DNA from: a plasmid
DNA: 64,000 bases
Strand: one strand, 5' to 3'
Sequence record: CP071152.1
In this document: piece by piece, positions 1 through 10,110 of the stretch
Layout: each line of letters begins with the position of its first letter
Position numbering within the stretch: the first letter of the stretch is position 1
Program-made: the position numbers and the translations under genes
The notes under the pieces: generated by a model
Databases searched by the model: none
What the model was told of the DNA's origin: nothing
The model's input: the letters and a program-made list of their open reading frames with translations, nothing else

Positions 1-437
1 GAGCGTTCCACCATCGCAATAATCACTGTTCACGCCAAACACGGTGCCATAACGCCCGGGGGTTTCCGCGAAACGCATCTGCATCGGTGAGCCGTCGACA
101 TAGAACTGAACCTCTGGCACCCCTACAACAGGGTTGCGTTTGGTCGAGCCAGAACCGCAAACCAGATCGGTTAGCTCCTCTAAGTTGCCGGGCGCATAGG
201 CGTGGGAGAGATAGTCGAAGTCCGCATCCGAGACGGCTTGATCATAAGAGAGGGCCGTCACGCCGAGTTCCGCCGTTGAAGAGGCAATCGAACGCGCACC
301 CAGCAGGGTAACGCTATCGGCCACCCGTTCGTACTGGGCGCTATAACCCGTCTCAGAACGGTTGTACTGCATCGACGGGCCAGAAGAACACCCAACCAGA
401 CCTGCCCCAAACAGGGATAGACACACCCCTTTCACCA
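1..437 (-). CDS. lipoprotein-like protein (N-terminal part; gene runs past window start)
   Basis: Reverse-strand ATG at 437 gives MVKGVCLSLFGAGLVGCSSG..., a lipobox (LVGC) signal peptide. The frame stays open to position 1. Confidence 0.4.
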
Positions 438-774
438 TGCCGCCAACACTATACATAGTCGACCTCACACTCCCGTTAAGTGCCCCATAACCACAGATAT
501 TGATATTTATCTTGCTAAATTCGAGTATACGCCTAGCCAGTTTGTAATCAATAGTGGTCTGTTGCTTAACCAGCAAGAAGCCCGAAAGAGCACTACTGCA
601 CTCGCTTGGTTTCCTTTAAGGACATTGCATGAGGCGTATAGAAGGCCTATCTGGTTAGTCAGCTAACCGCTTTAAACTACATTGTGGCTTGACAACCAAC
701 CGCGCATAGCAGGAAAATTCACATAGCAACCAAATGGAATATCACACACGCACGCACGAACGGAGTTTAAGAAA

Positions 775-1803
775 ATGAGAACAGTCCACTTCAAACCAGA
801 CCTTTGCGCCGTCACAAATAGTCGTGACCCGATAGAACTCAAAAACTCGATTGTCCTCGTAGAAGGAAATTCAGAATATCTCATTGGTGATGATGCTAAG
901 GATTATGGTGGATCTGGTCAACGCCTCATTGGTGGGTCCATTCAAGACAAACATTATCAGCGGTATATTCAAGCGTTATTGGCCAAAGGCCTTGGCCCAG
1001 GTGACCACACCATCTCAATCGGCTTGTCGGCAGCAGCAAACTACATCGACGAGTTTCGCACAGATAAGAGCAGCAACGTATTGAATCAGGAAGATCACAA
1101 GCTGCTCGCCGGGTTAGTGGCTGAGATTAGGTTCCGTAGCGGCAGAACCGATGCGCCTATTCAACTTTGCCGTGTGAAATTAAAGCCGGAGGATGTGCCG
1201 GTACTGTACGAAACAGAAGCGGTCCGCAACGTCATACCTAATACCGCAATGACTTTTGGCATATTCCAGATTGGCGGCGGTGACTGGCAAAGTTTGCTGG
1301 TAGTCGACGGCGAAATTAAGCGTGACACTCATGCTCGCGTCGCTGGTATCAGACATTGCATTAGCAGAATGAAAGAGCAGTTCGGCCTCCAACCAGATAC
1401 CGCAGAAAAAGCTTGGCATACCGAAACAGCACCGAGCTGGGGCAAGAACCTCTACGCCAGCGAATGGGAAAGCTGCGTCGACGCCAAGAAAGAAATCGTC
1501 CAAAGCTATGTGGCAACGTATTTCCCCGAGTTGGTGAACAAGTTCCAGGGCTATCAGGACCGCATTAAAGCGATTGTCCTCAGCGGCGGTGCCGTACACG
1601 ATGCAACGTTTGTAGATGCGCTGATTGCTGAAATGCCTTCTCGCTATTCCATTTACACCATTGACCAGTTCCAAATCATGGAGCCGGATGGTTCGAAATT
1701 AATGGATCCGTCCTTTACCTGTGCGTTTGGCATACACTCTACGGGTGTTAATGTCGGCCTCGATATTGGGAACGCCTATCTCAAAGGGGTATTCGATGTC
1801 TGA
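775..1803 (+). CDS. actin-fold ATPase, ParM/StbA-like partition or segregation protein
   Basis: 342-aa ORF with RBS ggag before the ATG. Motifs QIGGGDW (phosphate-2 like) and LSGGAVHD (adenosine motif) fit the actin/Hsp70 fold. The N-terminal DxG motif is not clear. Confidence 0.45.
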   Translation: MRTVHFKPDLCAVTNSRDPIELKNSIVLVEGNSEYLIGDDAKDYGGSGQRLIGGSIQDKHYQRYIQALLAKGLGPGDHTISIGLSAAANYIDEFRTDKSSNVLNQEDHKLLAGLVAEIRFRSGRTDAPIQLCRVKLKPEDVPVLYETEAVRNVIPNTAMTFGIFQIGGGDWQSLLVVDGEIKRDTHARVAGIRHCISRMKEQFGLQPDTAEKAWHTETAPSWGKNLYASEWESCVDAKKEIVQSYVATYFPELVNKFQGYQDRIKAIVLSGGAVHDATFVDALIAEMPSRYSIYTIDQFQIMEPDGSKLMDPSFTCAFGIHSTGVNVGLDIGNAYLKGVFDV

Positions 1804-2167
1804 TTTTACCGATTCCGATCGCCGCATCCAAATAAGAGTAGCGCCTGACGCCGTAGTGAAACATCTGACGGACCCGGCGATGGGTTCGAAACTACGATTG
1901 GCACTCAACGGCAAGATTGAAATTCCGCCGGTGCTGGAATATCTGCTCAACGATGCAACAAAGTCGAAAAGGGTAATCGCCCTCTTGCAGATCATGTTCA
2001 GTTATATTGACGACTTCGAACGAAATAACCCGGAAGGATCCTCGGCCCTTGAAAAGGCCACACAAGAAGTAGCCAAGAAAGCGGAGGCTGGAAATCAGCA
2101 GAGTGGTAAGAGTTCCACCCGTAGCAGGCCGACGATGACCTCGAATGACCTTGCAAATTTCAAGTAG
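1796..2167 (+). CDS. hypothetical protein, translationally coupled to upstream ATPase
   Basis: ATG MSDFTDSDRRIQ... overlaps the upstream stop by 8 nt. A terminator follows. Confidence 0.5.
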   Translation: MSDFTDSDRRIQIRVAPDAVVKHLTDPAMGSKLRLALNGKIEIPPVLEYLLNDATKSKRVIALLQIMFSYIDDFERNNPEGSSALEKATQEVAKKAEAGNQQSGKSSTRSRPTMTSNDLANFK

Positions 2168-2191
2168 TAAGTCGTAAAACCAGTAGCACGA

Positions 2192-2217
2192 GAGGGGCCA
2201 ACGGGCCCCTTTTTTTC
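2192..2217 (+). terminator. rho-independent terminator
   Basis: GGGGCC-aacg-GGCCCC stem followed by TTTTTTT. Confidence 0.6.
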
Positions 2218-2326
2218 GCCTTGGCGACCCGCCATACCTTCCCCCCTCCTCACCCAAATCACTTTCCAAAACGCAAGAGTGACCTCCCTCAAGCCGCAGC
2301 AAGGTAGGGCATTAAAATCGAATTTA

Positions 2327-2855
2327 TTCACACAAATTTGTGCGAAGGATTTTTTATGATTGCTCTGATGAGGACATTTGAGACCCACCCGAAACCGCGG
2401 CAGTATTGAAAAGCGCCGAGGAATCCAAATTATTCACACAAATTTGTGTGAAGGATTTTTTAGGTATGGACTCATGTCGATTTGTGCGACCCATATGACA
2501 CCCTAAACTGTGTCGAACAGCGAAGAGGTATCCAAATTATTCACACAAACTTGTGCGAATGATTTTGCCGATCGTTCGCCAGATGCAGTTCTGACGGCTC
2601 ATCTGGCCAGAAAATTGCCCCGGGCGTGAAGTTACAAGGATGCACTACCAACTCCCCCGGTTAGCAAAAATCATCACACAAATTTGTGTGAAGAATTTGG
2701 CACTTTGGCGCATAGTAAAACGCCTTTAACTATCCTGTCGAATCAGGTATTGTTACTTGGCTGGATCGAAAACTGACCTTTGGACCGGCTTCTGGCATAC
2801 CGGGCACGCCGAAAACCAATTGCGTTTGTGTGAATAATCCAAAGTTTCACACAAA
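2327..2855. promoter_or_regulatory. array of five 20-bp palindromes TTCACACAAATTTGTGTGAA (operator or centromere-like sites)
   Basis: Copies at about 2327, 2433 (perfect), 2540, 2673 (perfect core) and a split/everted copy at 2825/2846. Spacing is about 106-133 bp. Copies 1-3 share flanks ATCCAAATTA...GGATTTTTT. Confidence 0.6.
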
Positions 2856-2883
2856 TATATTTAGGAAAATCAGGGGTAACAAA

Positions 2884-3486
2884 ATGACGGATTTTGATGA
2901 TGTCTCTGGGGCTTGTGAGGCAATCGCCATTGAGGTTCAGGGTACTGTCATGCAAACCTCGGATGCACTGTACGACCTGGCACGGGCAGTGTGTGACCGG
3001 TACTGGGCCAAGTTCCAGATGAAAAACCGTAGCCAGGCACACCTCCCGGAAGACAAGCGCCAGCTTGGGAGGTTTGCCCCTTTCGTGCGTCGGCACCCAG
3101 CAAATGGGAAAATTTACATTCGTTGGCGGAATTATCACCCGAGTCGGACTGGCGCTAGGGGGAAAAAGGTTTTTGGTGTGGACGTACCCCCATTAAAAAC
3201 TGGGCACTACCAGCCATCGCAATTTGGTCATCTGGCCCAAGTATGGGAGTTGGAGCTAATTATCAAAACTGAGCAGCAATTAGCTCAAATCCGGTCTTTG
3301 CAAGACCACCTGCACGACATGAACGTTCAATTGAAAAAATCACAGAGGAAGTACCAATGGCAACTGAACAGCAGCAGCAATCTGCCAATAAACTCAACGG
3401 CGCAGCAAATACAGGACGAAGCGGAGAAAATATCGCAGCTCGACCCGCTGCTGGAGCAGTTTCTAAACCAGCCGGGCGCTATGTGA
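2884..3486 (+). CDS. hypothetical protein (conserved mobile-element backbone-like)
   Basis: ATG MTDFDDVSG... with RBS aggggtaac. The promoter region overlaps the last palindrome. Confidence 0.5.
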   Translation: MTDFDDVSGACEAIAIEVQGTVMQTSDALYDLARAVCDRYWAKFQMKNRSQAHLPEDKRQLGRFAPFVRRHPANGKIYIRWRNYHPSRTGARGKKVFGVDVPPLKTGHYQPSQFGHLAQVWELELIIKTEQQLAQIRSLQDHLHDMNVQLKKSQRKYQWQLNSSSNLPINSTAQQIQDEAEKISQLDPLLEQFLNQPGAM

Positions 3487-4142
3487 GAGCGAGCAACGAA
3501 TTTAAACCGGATGCCGGTATGGCTGTGCTCAATCTCAACGCCAAGAGCTGGATGGTGAGCCGATTTGTCTCGGGTAGCTTCCAGAAAACGCATTATGCGT
3601 TCCTGCGTGTCGGCACCCTGTTGCGCATGACGGCATCAGACCCGGCCAACCAGAAGAAGATTCTCGACTGGCTGGACTTTCTCTTCAAGAACGCCAACGA
3701 CAGCGTAGAAGCAGATCGCGCTTCGCTCAAAGTGTTGTCCAAATCCCCAGATATTGAGGGGCTGGATATTGTTTTCAGTGAACGAGACGATGTGTTTAAG
3801 TTTTATATCAACCATCCGAAGATGGTGCGTTTCGTCAAACTCATCCCAACCATCGACGATTTGGCACTCGAAACTGATCGTCTATGGTATGCAGGGGTTG
3901 TCCCAGATGAGCAGCGAGAAATGACGTTCAAGAAGTTGATGTATCCCATCAATGCCATCACTGAACATTTTAATTACGTCACCAACGTAGCGCGGCGGCA
4001 GGGCCAGCCCTACTCAGCCGAATTGTTCCTGACTCTGCTTTCTGAACAAGCGACGATGCGCGATTTCATCATGCACCATTTTAGTGATGAAGATACCAAG
4101 CTCTTTGCTACCACGGTGAAGAGCATTGCCGGAATAGTGTAA
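3357..4142 (+). CDS. hypothetical protein
   Basis: 261-aa ORF with RBS gaggaag before the ATG. It overlaps the upstream ORF by about 130 nt in another frame, so the true start may be downstream. Confidence 0.45.
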   Translation: MATEQQQQSANKLNGAANTGRSGENIAARPAAGAVSKPAGRYVRASNEFKPDAGMAVLNLNAKSWMVSRFVSGSFQKTHYAFLRVGTLLRMTASDPANQKKILDWLDFLFKNANDSVEADRASLKVLSKSPDIEGLDIVFSERDDVFKFYINHPKMVRFVKLIPTIDDLALETDRLWYAGVVPDEQREMTFKKLMYPINAITEHFNYVTNVARRQGQPYSAELFLTLLSEQATMRDFIMHHFSDEDTKLFATTVKSIAGIV

Positions 4143-4160
4143 TGTTGAAAGTTTTCTGTG

Positions 4161-4190
4161 TGGGGCTATTGGGGTAGCCCCATTTTTTTT
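4161..4190 (+). terminator. rho-independent terminator
   Basis: GGGGCTA-ttgggg-TAGCCCC stem followed by T8. Confidence 0.6.
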
Positions 4191-4200
4191 GAGGTGGCCC

Positions 4201-7101
4201 ATGAAGGAATTGGCATTTAAACTCGTAGCCAAATGTATTAGGTTATTTCCGAAATCGAAAAAGGTAACCCGTAGCGATCTGCTCACGGAGGTGAAAACAG
4301 TCTCCGGTAAGACGGTCGTCCCGAACGGCGTATATTATTCCCCGATGCCAATCATTGGGATCCAGCTGTTATCCATCGACGATGTTCTCGCCCCGCACGC
4401 GAAGACCATTAACGACATCGTTAAACGCTCTGGGCTATCGGACGGACACCCGCAATTCAATCCAAACAAACTTATTCACGGGGTTATTTGGCGTACCGCT
4501 GAATATGTTCATTTGCTGCCTGCCAGCGAAGACTACCACCACATCGAAGCAGGCGGACTACTGTCGCATAGCCTGGAAGTTGCGAAGACGGCGCTGGGAG
4601 CTGCCTACAACACCGACCTCCCTGCAAAGACGCATTCCGATCTTGAAACCATCCGACGCTCTCGCTATTTCTACGCCGTGTTCATCGCCGCCCTCCTCCA
4701 CGACATCGGCAAAGTCTTCATGGACGTTCGCGTATACAGCGTCGACAACGGCAACCTGATGTGGGAGCCGCGCCTGGAGTCTTTAACGGCCTGGGCGCTC
4801 AAGCACGGGGTTAACAGCTATCGGGTAGAGTACCGGCCAGGCCGAGCCAAGAGCCACGAGCGGGCCGCAAACTACGTGTTAAGCGCCGTGCTGACCAACG
4901 AAGCCAAGGAATACCTGCTCGCCTGCAAGACCGACGACATGTTCACGGAAATCGACGAGGCAATCAGCCATTACGCCGAGCGAGACAGCTACATCGCTCA
5001 AGCACTGCGACAGGGCGATAGCTACTCGACGTTGCAGGACATCAAGGGCCGCCACTCACGCGATACGGGCCGCCGCAACTACTCCCTCGCAACTCATTTC
5101 ATCCATGCCTGCCAACGCTTAACGCCGAATTGGAAGATCAACCAGCGCAGCGGGATGGTGTGGACGATTGGCGGGGATGCGTATTTGGCCTTCCCGAATG
5201 CCCTCAACACGATCATGCAGGACATCGCGGTGCATGGCGTGAAGGCACCCAAGGATGTCCATGAGGTCTACAACCTGCTCGTTGAGCAGCACATCGTAGA
5301 GGCTACCGACAGCACGACCCGTTGCTCGTTTTGGATGCCTGGGGAGTACACCACTGAGCAGGCCTTCACAGCGCAAGAGAACATCGCGATCAAGCGCGTG
5401 GGTCAAGACTGGATTGCCGTTGTAAAGCTCAAGTCCGTCCATTACGCCTTCGGATCTGGCGTGATGCCGGAGTCCAGACCTGGAGTGCTGTTGTTGAGTC
5501 GAGAAGGCAACATGCTGCACTTCGAAAAGGGCAAGCTTTACCAGCCGACTGCACACACCGCTAAGGAGATGCAGGCGAGGGTCAAGCAGCGCGAAGAGAA
5601 AGCGAAGGAGGAAGAGGCCAAGCTGGAGCGGTTGAAAGTCGAGCGTGAAGAACAAGCGATCAAGGAGGCCAGGGAGAAGGCCGAAGCGCAGGTTGCGCTG
5701 GAGCGACAGCAACGGGCGGCAGCGGCAGCCAATGAGCAGGTCGAGACACCGGCAGAACAACCCCCCATCGCTACAGAACCACCAGGAGCCCAACCCGCTA
5801 CTGCCGAATCAAGCGAAGAGGCTCAGGTGGAGGCCGAAGTGCCATGCGACCCGCGAGAGCCAACAGAAGACGACGCTATGGCCCATGGTGATGCGCAGGA
5901 GAGCGTTCTGGCTGGCGCGAGTACCAATGCAGCCACTTTGGTAGCCGATGCAGCACAGGGCGTTACAGGGGGCGAAAATGAAAGTGCCACGGTGGTGAGT
6001 GACAGTGCCGTTGAAGTCGCCAGCGTTGAAACCACCGCTGACTCTGTCGAGACGCCAGCAATCGACCAGCAACGCCAGGACACCAGCAGCGGAGTGCAGG
6101 CGGTAACACCGGGAGGCAACGCTTTTAGCGGCGGGCCAAATCGTCTCAGGAACAAGCACGTGCCGCCGGTAGCAGCTCCAGCAGTGCAACCACAACCTGA
6201 TACCACAAGCGAAAGCCGTCAGCAGCCCAACTCACCGCAATGGTCAATGTCAAAACGGCAGAGACGTTTAACGGAGGCACAGACCGCACCAGCACCACAT
6301 CAGGCTCCCGAATCTGTACGTGATGAAGCTCAGTCGAACACAGGCGAAACGGAAAAAGCGACAGCATGGATCGAGTGGGTGGGCAACCAGCGCGGTGAGG
6401 GGAAGGTACTCTACCACCAGGTAGAGGGCGCAACGTATCTTCGTCTTACGCCGTTGAGCCAGCAGTTGATGCAAAGCCCGGATGCCGTACTGCAAACGTT
6501 GAATCTGGCCGGGACGCTGGCACGGTCTCAAGACAAGGCAGGCTTGCCCGTCGTCGTCCAGCACGAGGTAGCCGAAGGGGTGTTTGAAGCGCACTGCAAG
6601 TTGAGTGCAAGCGGAGAAGCGATTCTCAATAAATCAACTGGGAAAGTGTGGGGTGGCGACGAGTTTAAGGGCGTGTTCTGGCGCTCAGAGCGAGACGCAG
6701 AACGTGCGAGAAAGACCGAAACCCCGCTTACCGAGATGGATGCCTCGACTCCTGACACCGCAACGGCCATGCCTACCCAGCAAGAGGGGGATCCGGCCCC
6801 TCAACAGTTGGATACCCATGACCACGAGCAGATAAACCTTGAGGCACTGGGTTCGGCATTAGACTCCTCGAACCATCGCTTATCTGAAATCCTTCGCGTT
6901 CATGACGTTCTCAAACACAGGAAAACCCATCGAGACAACAAAAAGGCCACTGTGATCCTTGACGACAACTCCACAGCATACGAAGCAGCGTTTTTTGAGG
7001 CCTGTGCCGATGGTGTCGTTTCCTGCCACATGAAGGAACTCAAAAGCTTCCAACGAAAAATCGAGGGCACCTTGTACTACGTTGTTCCGCCAGAGTTTTA
7101 A
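4201..7101 (+). CDS. traI: HD-domain (MOBH-family) conjugative relaxase, TraI-like
   Basis: RBS gaggtgg before ATG MKELAFKL. HD-hydrolase signature ...FIAALLHDIGK in the N-terminal 400 aa. About 450 aa of low-complexity tail follows (E/K coiled coil, then Q/A/T/S/P-rich). Confidence 0.65.
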   Translation: MKELAFKLVAKCIRLFPKSKKVTRSDLLTEVKTVSGKTVVPNGVYYSPMPIIGIQLLSIDDVLAPHAKTINDIVKRSGLSDGHPQFNPNKLIHGVIWRTAEYVHLLPASEDYHHIEAGGLLSHSLEVAKTALGAAYNTDLPAKTHSDLETIRRSRYFYAVFIAALLHDIGKVFMDVRVYSVDNGNLMWEPRLESLTAWALKHGVNSYRVEYRPGRAKSHERAANYVLSAVLTNEAKEYLLACKTDDMFTEIDEAISHYAERDSYIAQALRQGDSYSTLQDIKGRHSRDTGRRNYSLATHFIHACQRLTPNWKINQRSGMVWTIGGDAYLAFPNALNTIMQDIAVHGVKAPKDVHEVYNLLVEQHIVEATDSTTRCSFWMPGEYTTEQAFTAQENIAIKRVGQDWIAVVKLKSVHYAFGSGVMPESRPGVLLLSREGNMLHFEKGKLYQPTAHTAKEMQARVKQREEKAKEEEAKLERLKVEREEQAIKEAREKAEAQVALERQQRAAAAANEQVETPAEQPPIATEPPGAQPATAESSEEAQVEAEVPCDPREPTEDDAMAHGDAQESVLAGASTNAATLVADAAQGVTGGENESATVVSDSAVEVASVETTADSVETPAIDQQRQDTSSGVQAVTPGGNAFSGGPNRLRNKHVPPVAAPAVQPQPDTTSESRQQPNSPQWSMSKRQRRLTEAQTAPAPHQAPESVRDEAQSNTGETEKATAWIEWVGNQRGEGKVLYHQVEGATYLRLTPLSQQLMQSPDAVLQTLNLAGTLARSQDKAGLPVVVQHEVAEGVFEAHCKLSASGEAILNKSTGKVWGGDEFKGVFWRSERDAERARKTETPLTEMDASTPDTATAMPTQQEGDPAPQQLDTHDHEQINLEALGSALDSSNHRLSEILRVHDVLKHRKTHRDNKKATVILDDNSTAYEAAFFEACADGVVSCHMKELKSFQRKIEGTLYYVVPPEF

Positions 7102-7211
7102 TCAATTACCCACAGATTCCGGCATGAGTTGTCCAGCGTTTCTGTGGATAACATTCCACCACCTACCAACCAACTACAGGGCCCCTGACGGGGCCTTGTG
7201 CATTGTGGCGC

Positions 7212-7373
7212 GAGCCACGCGGCCAACGGACGCGCATCAGTGCTGGCGAGTCTCCGAGCCACGCGGCCAACGGACGCGCATCAGTGCTGGCGAGTCTCCG
7301 AGCCACGCGGCCAACGGACGCGCATCAGTGTTGGCGAGTCTCCGAGCCACGCGGCCAACGGACGCGCATCAGT
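7212..7373. repeat. 3.7 copies of a 44-bp tandem repeat (GAGCCACGCGGCCAACGGACGCGCATCAGTGCTGGCGAGTCTCC)
   Basis: Direct tandem copies read from the sequence, immediately 3' of the relaxase gene. Confidence 0.85.
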
Positions 7374-8657
7374 CGGCTAGCCCCCCGAGTCACATGGCAA
7401 AGAACACCAGTTGCAGGCTGCCCTAGCGTCCCTCGGGGACAACACAAAACCCATGCCGCTCATCGCCGACAGTTCTGGAGTTGCAGCCAGGCAGATCCCG
7501 GGCTCTTGGCCGAACCTGAGATGTCCTTGATGGAAAATGTGGGTCTTGAGCAACCTCGCCGAAGGGTGCGGAGGCCTGCGTTGATTACCAGGTACGAATG
7601 ACCAGCAGTGGATGTCCCTCGTGGAGATGCTGAACATATTCGTTGTGAAGCCCTCATCACCTCCAGTCCCCTCCTGTTCTCTCATCCTGTGTCAGCCCCT
7701 CCCGTGGCCAGCATTGCCGATCGGACATCTGAATTTGGTGCGCTCCTTCGTGGACTGTGACATGCCGCATCTCTTGGGACGCGACGCCTGTGGCCAGCGT
7801 TTTGTGGTTGGGGTACCAGGTTCCCCAGGGCAGATGTCCTTCATGCAGTGCGAGGTGTCAGTTTCAGCCGCGTCGCCCAGAGGAGCACCCGGGTGGCCAG
7901 CGTCGTCGACCTGGGATCATGGATCAGCCCAGCGGGTGGTTGTCCTTGGTGTACTGAGGGTCGGTTCACCTGGCCGGTGTTCCAGTGGCCAGCGATGCCG
8001 CGTTCCCGGAGCTCATGACCGGGCACTGTGTCCTTGTCCTTCGAGGAGTGTGTGCGGCACCTATCCCCCCATGACGCCGATCGGCACGCCAGTGGCCAGC
8101 GTCGTCGACCGGGGATCAGATCGCCTCAATGCAGGTGGCGGTAGATGGAGGACAGGGAGGCTCCCGCGACTGCGTCGCACGCCTCCAGTCACGCCAGTCA
8201 GCGGTGTCTCACCCTGGTATCTCGGTACTCCTCGGTACGACGTTGTCCTTGGTGGAGCTGGTGGCGCTATGCCTGGCCGGAGCTGGAGTGGCCACGACGG
8301 ATGTCGTTCCTGGAGCTGGCGTTCAGCCGGATTGTGTTGATGTCCTTGAGGGAGTGCAGCCTCCCCCACTCCGCCGGTGTGAAGCCGACCTCGCCGAGCC
8401 GTGAGACCAGGACAGCTGGAGAACGAGCGAGGGGATCCTGACTTCCACCGAGGACTTTGACGTTGGCAAAGGCGACCTGGTCCGGCTGAGGAGATGCAGC
8501 ACGCTGGGTGTCGCAGTGGAGTAGGTCGAGCCCCCTTATCCGGTGAGCATCATTGGGGTCGGTATCTGTTACGCAGCCATTCCAAGAATCGACGGGGCGA
8601 TAACGCGAGGATGGAGAAAGAGATGGTAGAAAACCAAAGAGATTATTAAATGCTTGA

Positions 8658-8676
8658 GACTATCCCATGGGGATTA
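8658..8676. promoter_or_regulatory. operator-like inverted repeat ACTATCC-catgg-GGATTAT (weaker copy of the AACTATCC-N5-GGATAGTT box)
   Basis: Sequence match, upstream of the ORF starting at 8727. Confidence 0.35.
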
Positions 8677-8726
8677 TATATTGCATTTATCAAATGACCG
8701 CACATGACCGCCACTTGGAGATAGCC

Positions 8727-9023
8727 ATGACCACAATGCCCACAATGGAAAAAAAGGCTCTGCTTGATGCTCTTTTAACCACGAATATGTCCCCACTCAC
8801 TACCTTTCGCTTCGTGGAGTTGTTAAACGAGATGGAGGCTTGCCAGTCCGAGCAATCGGCGTGGAAACTTCGCTATGAGTTGCTGGGCATGTGCAGCGTG
8901 CTGTGCTCTGAGGAAGTGATCTCCGACGATGAGCTGACGATGCTAAACGATGCCATAAGCCTCTTCTGGAAACCCCAGGCCCGCGCATTTACTCTAGCCC
9001 GACTGAGCGCCCTTGAAGCCTAA
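8727..9023 (+). CDS. hypothetical small protein
   Basis: RBS ggaga before ATG MTTMPTMEKK... Confidence 0.45.
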   Translation: MTTMPTMEKKALLDALLTTNMSPLTTFRFVELLNEMEACQSEQSAWKLRYELLGMCSVLCSEEVISDDELTMLNDAISLFWKPQARAFTLARLSALEA

Positions 9024-9036
9024 GAGAGAGGTAGTC

Positions 9037-9306
9037 ATGCGTAAGAAAGACGTATCGCTGAAACCCAACGCGATTGTGACCCCCTGCCCGCAGTGCGGTA
9101 ACAACACCGACTTTCGGGTTGTCGCTGAGCGGGTGGCTGTGGATGGCTGCGAGGTCTATGTGGAATGTTGCTGTGGCTTCGACCCGACAGCGGAGAACAC
9201 AGACTATCGGTTAGAGGACGCCATGGGCTATGTGGATCTGGGCAACATCCAGCAAGCGTTGCGGTGCTGGAACGAGGCCCTGGCGCATACCGTCGTCATC
9301 CACTGA
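9037..9306 (+). CDS. zinc-ribbon-like small protein
   Basis: RBS gagagg before the ATG. CPQCG...CCCG cysteine pattern. Confidence 0.45.
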   Translation: MRKKDVSLKPNAIVTPCPQCGNNTDFRVVAERVAVDGCEVYVECCCGFDPTAENTDYRLEDAMGYVDLGNIQQALRCWNEALAHTVVIH

Positions 9307-9482
9307 GTAGAACCCGCCCTCTCCCTCTCCCTCCCCTCACACTTATCCTGTGCTTGTCCCACCACCGGCGTGATCTCTTTGCTGGTGATGGGTTGAGCAC
9401 GCTCATGTGCCTGTTAGTGCCAGACCTTCTCATCCTGACCCGCCTCGTGCCACACTGAGTCCCCTCACACTGCTGGAGATGG

Positions 9483-9966
9483 CTATGAGTGCAAGGTTGG
9501 AGTTTGAGATTATCGAAAACGAAGGCAGGTTTGTGTTTCCTGCGGCAGCTGAGCAACCCTACCGATCGCTGCTCGATTCATTGGTGAGTGAGTCCACCAC
9601 GGACAACGAGTTCGTCTGGTCTCTCCAAGCACTGCACCGGGAAGAGCCGCAAAACCTTGGCGTGATCGCCTCTCTGGCCGCGCACTACGCTTCCGACGAG
9701 CCGGAGACTGCCCTGGAGTACGCCGAGAAGGGTCTGGCCCTCGCCGCTGCCCTCAACCCACCGACTTCACAGGCACCATGGACTGGAGGGAGGAATCCAA
9801 CCACACCTACTTCGCGCTGCTGCACAGCGCCATAGTGGCCAACATGTTCATGGGGGACAACGACGAGGCATGGCGGCTGATCAATCACTCGTTCACCCTC
9901 AACCCGCGCGATCACCTAAGCGTGCGCTTGTTTCGCGACCAGTTGCCCGCGTATGTCGCTCATTGA
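9483..9966 (+). pseudogene. hypothetical gene with apparent frameshift near 9775
   Basis: ORF 9407..9835 and ORF 9778..9966 are contiguous in different frames. Both have ordinary protein-like composition. Confidence 0.3.
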
Positions 9967-10110
9967 GCGAGCGAAGCCCTTGGACCGGCAGGCGGGTATT
10001 AGCGTCGTGCCAGTCTTTTCCCTTTCTCGGGTTGTTTAATGCCTGTCTTGCTCGCCGGAAGGGAATTGCGCTGCTCTGGGTAGCGAGGTGCAAGGTCTGG
10101 GGATCAGCTC

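Noticed and set aside
1876-1895. tRNA-like T-loop (GGGTTCGAAACT)
   Set aside because: It lies inside a coding sequence, with no acceptor or anticodon arms around it. No tRNA is present.
2318-2866. Considered a CRISPR array
   Set aside because: The repeats are palindromic 20-mers with conserved flanks and about 106-bp unequal spacers, and there are only five copies. No cas genes are nearby. It fits an operator or centromere array, not CRISPR.
5119-6594. Minus-strand ORFs of 95-224 aa inside the relaxase gene
   Set aside because: They are antisense to a well-supported 970-aa CDS and lie in its GC-rich, low-complexity tail. They are typical spurious antisense ORFs.
7612-8340. 242-aa ORF and several overlapping 60-130-aa ORFs in the 7.1-8.6 kb region
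   Set aside because: No RBS. Composition is dominated by G/C-driven codons (P/R/A/G/S/W/C-rich). Multiple frames are open simultaneously and the region is full of repeats. I treat it as non-coding.
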